Source: Phoronis australis
Taxonomy: Eukaryota; Animalia; Phoronida
Direction of reading: 5' to 3'
Assembly (NCBI GenBank): GCA_002633005.1
Contig: NMRA01000037.1
Location: 62,001-126,000, forward strand
Length of the DNA: 64,000 bases
The translations under genes and the position numbers were made by a program. The notes under the pieces are model-generated. The model was not told the DNA's origin, did not search any database, and saw only the letters and a program-made list of their open reading frames with translations. This document shows positions 1 to 13,100 of the stretch, piece after piece. Every line of letters begins with the position of its first letter. Positions within the stretch are counted from its first letter, which is position 1.

Positions 1-43
1 AGTTCAGCTCATTTACTACTGTCTCAAACGAAACGTTCTCCAT
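1..43 (-). CDS. Possible first coding exon of a gene running off the left edge (MENVSFETVVNELN...)
   Basis: ATG in context gcagtATGG, frame open to the window edge; only 14 codons visible and no homology recognised. Confidence 0.25.
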   Translation of the reverse strand, partial: MENVSFETVVNELN

Positions 44-1189
44 ACTGCCGATACTCGGATTATACGCCGAAAGGCGGCAGCACACACAGGGTACCTTCAA
101 CCGCGCGGGATCAGTCCGGCAAACCAAAGAGTGTAGTCTATGTACACTCCTTGGCCAAACTGCAGTATCAACCGCGTTAAGTTACAAGCACAGGTATGTG
201 AATTACACGAACGCAGTGTCTCACAGCATTTATAAATTAATAAATGGATATTTATACAGTTCATATTTTCTGCAATTTAATTTCAAATTGATGGAATTTG
301 TGTGCAGCCTTTTTCAGACAGGGTAAAATGAGCCAAAGAACTGCTTCTTCAAAAATACATGTACTTTGTGCAACATATATCTTTGTTTCATTTCATTCCG
401 CACAACCACTAATTAATTATTACACTCCTATGCGCCCCTATTATGTGCCCCGCTTCGAAAACCCCGGCGTCTCATGATTTTCAGTTGGTCTTCACGGCAA
501 CATCACAACTGATGTTCAAAAATCCGGCTTTACTTCTAAACTTTGCCAAACTTCCACATTTGGAAAGTTAGTCCAGATTCAAGACAAATTTTAAGTCATA
601 CATGTAAGTCAAACTTGAGATATCTGTCTTGAATTGGGTTTGAAACAAATTTAACTTTTATTTTGAAATTTAGGCCTACTAAAATTTAAGATTTGTATTA
701 GCTAAGTCACTTTTGTTGAGACGGGCCTCTGTCCTATATATGGCTATCTGGTTGATTTTATACAGATGTTAAAGCGAGAAACCGCCTTTCTTCGCAAAAA
801 CGTGTTATACCACTTGGCGCTGACGAAGAACTTTGATATTGCATGTAATGATCTCAGAGGGATTTTCAGTGAAAAAACTGAGGTGTCAGCAGAGAGAATA
901 ACCTAGTTGGCTTGTTACGGCGTAGTGACATTAATGCGTCACTTTGAAGCGAGGTCTCGAAAAATTACGAGTTGCCGCAAACCCAGAAATCACATCTCAA
1001 GTAGGAACAATGAGATAAACACTATAGCCATAACCACTAACTAATTAAGCCCCGTACCGCCGGATTCACCGGTAACCGGTTCGCCTTTCGTCCAACAGTG
1101 AAGGGTCTTTGGTGATTTTGAGCACTAAAAAAAATTTGGCCTGATATGTTCCTTACTTCACAAGACAAACAGCTTGTTTCCCGTGCCTA

Positions 1190-1416
1190 TTCAAATGAGC
1201 CCCCCAATTTGGCGAATTTGGCAAAAAGGTCCGCCTCAGTGAAACACGAGACAAAAGTCCATAAAATCTACAGGAAGTCGGCGCGGATGCACAGTTCGTG
1301 GACCTGAACCTAGAGGCCCCCGTTTTTTTTAGTCCTCCGATCGTTGATTTCTTTTAGTAAAAGGTCCGCATACGGAAAAATTCGAGCCCCTATATTTTAA
1401 GCTGCGTGCGCGCATG
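1190..1416 (+). mobile_element. 5'-truncated copy of the CATGCGCGCAC-terminus MITE family
   Basis: Aligns by eye with 34450-34689 (aatgagccccc..atttgg, aaaaaggtccgcctcag, aaaaggtcc, ttcgagcccc); ends gtgcgcgcatg. Confidence 0.75.
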
Positions 1417-2589
1417 GTATACTCTGATGAGATTGAACCCGTGACCAGAGTTTTAATTGGCCTGTTCAAAAACTACCGACACTGGGTCAGCCGGTATTTA
1501 CAGACCGTTACGTGTCTACCATTTTCTCGGGGTATAAAATGGCACACCATTTCAAGTCAGCTTGTTCAACTGAGCGAGGATTTGACCAGTTGCTTAAATC
1601 AGCTTGGTTTTTCTGCCCCAAAGCGGATTTGTATATAGCTGCTTGACTACAGATATTCTAATTGATAAACGTCAATCTTGCGACAGAATAAATGTGTGCC
1701 AAGTTTAAGTCACTACTGCCATTTCAAGACCCGTGTTCTTTCCGCCTTCATCATTGGATGACTTTTCTTTAATTTCGATACTAATCTTTTCTAAATGTTA
1801 TTTTTCCTGACCATCAGATAATGCTTGATGTACGTGTGAGAAACTGTTGTCTGCGCGTTTGCAATTAACTAATCATGTTTTCGTTTCTACGATCTCAGAA
1901 CGAAATGACGTGGCGCGAGAAAACTTTCGCACGACAGTTTTGTATGTTACAGAAGTACAGCTTTTACAAGGCACTAAACAGTTCTAGCCCAACGAATTGC
2001 TCGATCTTTCAAAAAGTACTCATTAAAATTCCGTACAAAGTTCGAAAATCATAATTTTTAAACACCATGTTTTCGGGCAAAACACGCAACCAAAATAACA
2101 CCAAAAACGATTGTTTTTCCATCAAGATAAAACCACTAAATCGGCAACTTTCCACACAATTTTTTTTACGAGTTGATGCGAGATCACGCAAGCAACAAAA
2201 CGGCTATATGTTTGAAACTATAGCAGCACAACCAGGTTTTCAAATTGGGAAATTTTCTCCCAATCGGGTGAATGCTCCTGATGGGTCAAGATAGAAAAAA
2301 ATTCCCATTGATCTGAAAAAAAAATCTCCCAATTGAGGGAATGGATACCGCTAAGTGTCTATGAGAAAATATAAATCAGAGAAATTCAAGTGCGGCATCA
2401 TACAAATACAGTGCGAAAATTTACTAGGACTGATAGTGGGAATTAAAAATTGATCGTAATAGATTAAAATGTAACTTTTTCATGGCACTAACGGGTCTTC
2501 GTGGTTTGACAAGTCAGATCACCCACTTTTAGCTCTTGCTGAAGCCAGTAACCAGAAGGTAACTGTAAATGAACAACCATTGTAGATAA

Positions 2590-3033
2590 AGGAGTGTTCA
2601 CATTTTACGTCATCATTGGAGGGGTAGGGGAAGAAAAGATGGCGATTTACAAATGACGGGGGTGGGGGTAAGACACATGGTGACATAATCATGACGCGGT
2701 TTACTAGAATATCTTAATCACAGTACGATTCGATAGTTGAGATGGTTTACTTTAATTCATTGCTGAATACAAATGTACCGGGTAACTTACGATTCTAAGA
2801 CGACAGTTTGTCATTAGAATCGTGAAGAAGAAATTTCCAATGAACTGGCGATTATTTCAAAACAAGGGATGTCCGTTAAACGTGATAATGGTGACGGTGA
2901 TGAAAGAAGGTGGGTAAAAATGGCAAATTTTGGATGACGTAATATATGAATGCTCCCTCGCTGGTTCCCTGCGTGCTAGGTGGCCATTACCAGCTGGATA
3001 GGCACGCTAGGGAACCTGCGAGTGAATGCTCCC
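2590..3033. mobile_element. PIF/Harbinger-like MITE with a small hairpin inserted in its right TIR
   Basis: TIRs ggagtgttcacattttacgtcatc / gatgacgtaatatatgaatgctcc; flanks taa/tga; superfamily inferred. Confidence 0.55.
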
Positions 3034-3723
3034 TGATAAACATTAACCAAGTAACAAGATACTCCCAGAACATTTTAAAATCACCCCCTTAACCAAAATT
3101 CACCACTGACCAAATCAATTTGCAGGGAATCCAAAATTAATTTTTCCAACTCAAAAATGTGAAAGCAGATTCTCCGTATCAGGAGGTTTGTGCCCATTAT
3201 GCTGAAGCTAGACTGAAGGCAATAAAATTAACCAGATACCTGTTGTAATTCTTCCGATACGAGAACCTGGTTCTACTGTGTAGTACATTTGAAGCAAGTC
3301 TTCGCCAGTTATAGCCATGCATTACAACCGAAGCACCTGGTCACACCCGCTTTTTCACCAGTATCTTAGGTCTACACAAGTGTTGGCCAAGGCAGACCAA
3401 GAACCATAATATCCATTCGGAGACCCAGTGTAAGATTCTATTTGAAGACCGTTTTCATCACTCAAAACAACGCGCCAATTGTGCATAACCAGAGCACAGA
3501 ACAAGGTTGGTTAAAATCTCCAACAGTATACTTTTAATTCCCTTAAACAAAAGCAGCGAAGTTGGCCAGAAAAGATATTGTCAAGTCCCTGGTAAACTGC
3601 ATCAGAAACGAGTCGATTTCACTGCAGAGAACGTTCAGCCAAGCCAATGTTTAGGAAAAGCCCAGAGAGGTTTGCTGTGCCACAGTGACTACTTTTCATA
3701 GTAAGCCACAAGGAGGTCCATAG

Positions 3724-3941
3724 CAGAGCTTGGAATGACCAATGATAAAACAAGAAAATTTTGCAGGTGATGTAGGCTTGTGTGGTAGAAATATTTTTGT
3801 GTGGTAATAAATGTTGTTGCATGAATAAAGACAAAATAATGATAAAAAGACGAAAATAGACAAAACTGGAAATCAAATAAGAGGAAATCGAAACCAAAAG
3901 AGGAAATTAATCCTCTTAAAAGAGGAAAATTTCAAGACCTG
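3724..3941 (-). mobile_element. MITE, CAGGGCTTGGAAT-terminus family, 6-bp TSD CCATAG
   Basis: ccatag|cagagcttggaatg...ttcaagacctg|ccatag; body is the reverse complement of 57445-57683 and 46900-47147. Confidence 0.85.
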
Positions 3942-4091
3942 CCATAGATTATCACAGATCAATCCCATTACAAGCTGTTTTGTAAAAGGCGCCATTAACG
4001 AGAACAGCCGTTGACAGACCCACTAGCACTACCCAGAAAGAAAAGACTACCACTTGAATTTTTCATGTTTTTATTTTTACAATTTTATACA

Positions 4092-7194
<3,103 letters not shown>

Positions 7195-7204
7195 GATGGA
7201 TCTC

Positions 7205-7214
7205 AAAAAGGAAG
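7205..7214 (-). promoter_or_regulatory. TCT initiator / 5'TOP motif of RPS11
   Basis: CTTCCTTTTT starting 20 nt upstream of the ATG, typical of ribosomal protein genes. Confidence 0.85.
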
Positions 7215-7498
7215 TTGAGCGGGGACTCTCTTGGAAAATCAGCATGCCTACTGCCCTGACATCTATTGACAGGTGGTTTTGAAAATCTTACGGAGAGCAT
7301 CTGATAAATCTAAGACAACATTTAAATAATAACAGTATTATAAAAAGGAAGTTATAATACCTTAAGATGAATTCATTATAATAAATACATGTTTTTCTGA
7401 AATTTTCTGAAAATATTTGGTGCAAACTTCATAATATTTTAGTTGAATACTTTTCTGAGTGATCTCCACAAAAACTATACTGCTTACCAAAACACAAT

Positions 7499-8744
7499 AT
7501 GGCTGCGCCCATCAGGCTTCAAACTTTTCAGGTAAAACTATAAACTGCTTACCGGTGTCCGGTCCACCGTGTTCGTTCATGTAATTGCCTGTCCACAGTG
7601 TGTGTTTACGCTTGTCAAATGCTTGCTGCAACGGTTTATTATCTGTCAATAAAGTGTAGAGTTGATAGTGGCAGTGGTGGTGTACGTATTATTGGGCATT
7701 AATCAGACGATTATCGCAATTGTTCAAGGGAAGCGAAGTGTTTTCATTCATTCAAGAAGGTATGTAATGTTGCAAATATGTTGGTTCAAGTCAACTGTGT
7801 GCGTATAACCAAATGTGTGCGTTATGTTATGAGTCCTATGCGTAGTGCATTGTATTCAATTCACCGTTTCAGAGAACGCTTGTGCACCTGGCTCGGTTTG
7901 AAGGAAAACACTGGTACAGCACAAAGTCGAGCAAAGGTACCAGTAATTTTACTTCATGCATTATAGCAGTAATGGACAGTAAAATCTTTCCGATTTCAGA
8001 CAAAAATAATTGCCAGGATTGGTCGTTTTTCATTTTTCAAGGGTTCTAACATTGTCGTGAATACCAACTATTTTCTAAATATTGTCAGTTGATAGCTAGG
8101 GTATAGAACGTGAACAAGCATTAATTTGGTGTAACATAAAAAATTCACGAGTCTCGCCTAAATTAGCAAGATTTTGCTGTACTTGTTACATAACCAAATG
8201 AAATCAAAGTGCAGCATAACTGTACTGTTTACCGCGTTTATCGTGAGTGTTACTAAATCGTAGATGTCGTGCCACCCCATATTGCAATGCAAAAGTGATT
8301 TAACCTTGAGGGGAGCTTTAAGTCATTGAAGGGTAATTTTTGAGCTTGACTGGGTCATTTCACTCGATTTTTCAATATCTCCATAAGGGACATTCCGTCC
8401 TTAAATCAAGGTATCGAGGGCCCTGACCACAGAACCAGTCTTATTACTCTTGACCAACTTCTTTCTGAGTTTCAGACTCATCCGTTCAACCTGCCAAGCC
8501 TGCCTCAGTGAAGAATCCAGACCCTGCGAAGCCCTCCGCAGTCGAGGAAGCCAAGGCACCCAAGACACAGGTGAAGAAGGCTGACCCACCCAAACCGTCA
8601 GCTGTGAAACAAACTGAAACTACTAGCTGGGACATTAGTACTTACAAAGTACCTGAATACTACAGCTACAACCCCATGAGCTTCTATGACTTTGAAAATG
8701 AGATGTGTAAGCAGAGACTTACACAGCCAGAGCCGAAAAAGTGA
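7499..8744 (+). CDS. NDUFV3: NADH dehydrogenase (complex I) flavoprotein 3 subunit, 121 aa, 3 exons
   Basis: Exons 7499-7531 (MAAPIRLQTFQ), 7873-7936 (RTLVHLARFEGKHWYSTKSSK), 8476-8744. Phases 0 and 1 fit. N-terminus resembles a mitochondrial presequence; C-terminus STYKVPEYYSYNPMSFYDFENEMCKQRLTQP is the NDUFV3 motif. AATAAA at 8899. Confidence 0.88.
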
Positions 8745-9285
8745 GAGTAGTTGGCTAGCATGTGTGGATTATACAATGGAGTGACGCAAGGAATGGTTCT
8801 TGGTTTGACTGCTATCAAGCTTTTCAACTTTCTGGAAACTGTTCCAGAAAAATATTTTATTTAAAGACACGGCGTTGTAGTGGAGTTCGAGTTTAGGAAA
8901 TAAAACTGTTAATGTTTGAGTAAACTCTGGTTAGAAATACACAATTGAAAAACAAACTGACAAACAAAAAGAACGTCTAATTTTATATGGTTTTATTTTT
9001 TACAAAAGTAGTGTAAAATTTACAAGAAACTTTAAGGAAGTGCTCTGGTGTTCCATGCACAAACATCCAAAAGTTCCTGTATTCGGCGATGTACAAGCCT
9101 CTATGCAGTTCTTCAACCACACACTGACAAATCCAGTCCAACTACAGAGAGTTTTTACTTTTCCAAGATTACCTTTTCAGTGAATGAATTATGGAAGTGT
9201 GTTAAGTCAGTACTGCAGTTTTGTGCACCCATAATTTGCTGGCTTAATTTGCGTTGTAAGGCATTCATTTTCCATTTTAATTTCA

Positions 9286-10100
9286 GGGCTGTTCCAGTAA
9301 AATCCGTGTGGGAGGGGGGGGACGGCAGTAGAAATAAAAATTCATGGGTGGTGGTCTTCAGAAAAAAACTCAAATTATGGGTGGTCGTTCCTGTAAGAAG
9401 TGATGCATTAAAAATGGGTGGTATTTTTTGACCTGTTAATGTTGATAGGTTGGTTACTTCAGCCCTAAAAACTCAAAAATAAATGCAATTGGCCTAACTT
9501 ATCCAAATACAAAAAAGCCCATATTGCCAGTGAACAGAGTGCAAATGTTCACTAAGCCATTAATCAAGTCATGGGCAACTTGATTTGAGCCAACTGTTTG
9601 TCTGCAGTCCTATTGAATTGAAAAGTTATGCAACACTGAACTGGTGTTAACACATATAAGAAAATTGATGATTTTTAAATAAAAAGTATGAGGAGTAAGA
9701 TAAACAAGTTCCAATATTCACTTGACATAGAAGTATAGAAGAGTTCGTGGAGACAGTTTGAGATTCATAGATCCTTATAAATGAAAAAATGTTCATTGAA
9801 ATTATAGACACATGGTGAACAGAGACACCTGGTGGCTGCCAAAAGTATTGCTCACAGGCTACTTTAGTTTTTGACAATATTGGACAAGACAACTAGTTCT
9901 TGTCTGTCAGTCATCTAAGTTCTTAACAGGTCCTCCTGGAGGCAATTTGTTTGCAAGTGTTGGATTTTATATTTTAACCTATTAAAAATAATTAAAAAAT
10001 TATGGGTCATGGGTTGGAGAAATAAATGAAAAATACGGGCGGTGGGTATGAAATAAAAGTGCCTTCCCCCCCTCCCATACAGATTTTGCTGGAATAGCCC
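9286..10100. mobile_element. 815-bp PIF/Harbinger-like non-autonomous element, TSD TCA
   Basis: tca|gggctgttccagtaaaatccgtgtgggagggggg...cccccctcccatacagattttgctggaatagccc|tca; internal aaa(t)atgggtggtg subrepeats. Confidence 0.8.
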
Positions 10101-10172
10101 TCAGTGAAGTGACCTGATAATTTGATTAAATACCCATTGACATTAAAACCAATAATTATACAATAGCACTAT

Positions 10173-13100
10173 TTACAACAGGTTAAAATCATATTTTTTA
10201 AATGAGTCGCGGAATGACGCTGCCATTGATGTTTCTTCCTCTTTTGAACATTTACATGACCTCCAATCCACTTTCTCAGGCATGTCCAATATACTGGGGC
10301 CAGTAACAGCTTCTCTGAAATGACAACATTGTACTCAAACAGTGCACATAGAAATGCATATTATCCCACCCATCTGTAACACTAGCAGCAATGCATAAAT
10401 TTCATAATTGTTCCAAATTGAAAACCACAGCTAAAGCTGCTAGTATGAAGCCACTTTCCGTTATAAAAAAATTGATTTTATTCACGTGTCACAACAAATC
10501 CAGTCTTGTCTAGACTGTCTAGACCAATTGCTTATCCAGATACGAACTGCACTGAAAGTCGGTCAACATAAGCCTTTAAAAATGCATATTTTGTGCAATA
10601 GTGCAGTGGAGGGTATTGCTATGCTTTGATGCAGGTTTGTGTTCACTAGAGTGGTTTATATTTTACAGTTGTTTAAAAAGCAATGCGATGGCAAAATCCA
10701 GATGAAATAAAAAGGCTTAAAGTGATATCAGCAATAAAAGTGATTTTGTGAAATTGGCCCTAGCCCAGATTCCAACCTGGAGCCTTCGTGGTCAAAGCCA
10801 AATGCTCAGATGATGAGATATATTGGCACCATAAATGAAAGAGTATTTTAACTATTATTTTACTGGTCCATAAAGTCACCAACCTTAATTTTAGTGAATG
10901 TCTGCCAAACATTGTGAAGGAATGATGATTTGTAATAAAATAACAAGAAACGGATTTTATTGTTTATAGTTCTGGTAATAACTTCAAAAAATCTATCCCA
11001 TCCAACGATAATACCAAAAATTGCATTTTTCAGGTGCTAAAACAATGTCCCTTTAAAAGACTTCAGTGACGTACTGGTGGTGCAGTAGTAAAACAGTAGC
11101 TTGCAAACAAGAGGATCCAGGATCAAATCAATGGGATTTCCATTACTTCACAATTTTTTTTAATGCATTAAAATGGTGCTATCATATCAGTGGTCAATAC
11201 AAAAGAATGAGACCTCAATTTGAAGAATTTTTTAATCCAAAATATTGACCACCATTGAGTTATAAAGAAGTTCATAATCTTTTCAACTCCTATAATAAGC
11301 TATAATGGACTGTCCGCCCTAACCCTGAAATAACCTCAAATTTTATTAAGGAACAAGTCGAGAACAAATGGCAGGTGAATTAGGATACTTTCAAATAGCA
11401 ACTTGGCTACTGGTCACATGGAACTGGATATCGGGGGCCTCTACAGGACATGGAGACACTTAATAACTTTTGTTTAAAACACATCACATCTAATCAAATA
11501 TATTGTAAAAGAGTCTTTTCACAAAGCCAAACTGTTCCCCTATGCCACCTGCTGCAAAGACAAAGAAACCCCGGTTCAGCTAGGTAGCAATATGAGTCAC
11601 CGGTGCCATGTGATCAACCCCCATTGCTTCCTGAAAGTCCCCCACTCATAGCATCTTTAGTTTATCAAAAATTTAAAGTTATCTGTTTATGTTGTTACAC
11701 AACGTTTATAGTCGAGTGTAAAAAAAGTTGTGATGGTCAACAAATAAAAGCAAACAGTGTGCAGTGAGGTGCAGCCAACTATATCTTACCTCCCAAAATT
11801 CAGAGGGAATCCTTTAGAAATTCTGTGTAAAAGTTTTTCACCACTTGGAAGCTCGGCGTAAAAATAAGGGGCCCCAGGAGGTACAATCTAAAATAAAGAA
11901 AATGTTCTTATAAATCTTGAGCATTTCAAGGGTGCGTAAGTATCAAAATAGTTTGACAGCAACCCTTTCTGTAGGTAAAATTCATGCCAGAAGGTATTGC
12001 GTTGTAAAGCCTCAGCCTTGTCGCATGTTCAACCAATTTAAGGTATGACTACTGGAGTTTTCTGCAGACATGCCCATATTAAAATATGCTATGAGGACAT
12101 ATACATATATTTAGATAAAAACCTGGCATTGTTGAGCTTTTTAAAGAACTTACCCCCAGTTTCGTGGAGAATGGACTACTGAACTTTAATATCATCAATC
12201 ACAAACTCATTCTTACAATATGTTTATAAATTAAAGATTCCTGCTACAGCTGAAGTCTCATATGAGTGTAATTAAGATTTCGCTTTTGGCCCTGAAAATG
12301 CCATTCTCGGAATATACGGCCAGGGTTTGTGTGATGAAAAATCAGAGTATCTTGGAAATTTTGTGAAATCACATTGGAGTCGTGTAAGATCTCATTGATA
12401 TTTGGTTAGGTCATTGAATACCAACACAAGAGAAGACCATTGACAAAAATTCGAAGTGCTGAAATCTTTGGGTTAATAGTACCTAAATACCCACAATGCT
12501 CACATTTTTCATTGCCGAAGCCGAGATAATATGCAGAAAGTATCGCACCAACAATCAACTTTAGCGACCGCACCACTAGTGAAGTTGGCAGTAAACCAAA
12601 CTCAAAGCTAATAAGTCTTATAACTAAAAATAATGAAATTATATAAAGCAATCACTGACTAGTATTAAAGAAAAAAAATGTCTTACACACTGAAGTTGTT
12701 AACTTACCTGTTTGAGATCTGAATGTTCAGGTATTTCATGTAACTCTATTTTATTGTCACCAGCGCACTCCATGAACGCTTCATTGACGTCAGGCACACA
12801 CGACCTATTTATGGGGATGGCCTAGAACATACAAACTAGTTGTGTATATGATAGTGTGGTTCCACTGCCATTACAAAGAGACATGTTGCTTAAGTTTGTA
12901 GCCACGTCACATACTGCACTAATCATATTTCACAAAGGCTGACCAAGATCAATGGCTACAAAACACATAAGGCTGCCACTGTCAAAGGTAAATCAATCTC
13001 TATAGCTTTTGAACTAATGTGGAGTAACACTTAATGAAACTTATTGTTGGGCAGTATCTGTTACTGAGACAAATTTTTAGTCCTGGGCAAAGCAGCACTT

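Noticed and set aside
124-154. Small hairpin ccaaagagtgta/tacactccttgg and nearby GAAA-loop hairpin as a ribozyme
   Set aside because: No hammerhead CUGANGA/GAAA core arrangement; short hairpins are common in this window.
10760-11140. Two degenerate tRNA/SINE-like heads (about 10760-10830 minus, 11066-11135 plus)
   Set aside because: Boxes too decayed; no tail or TSD found.
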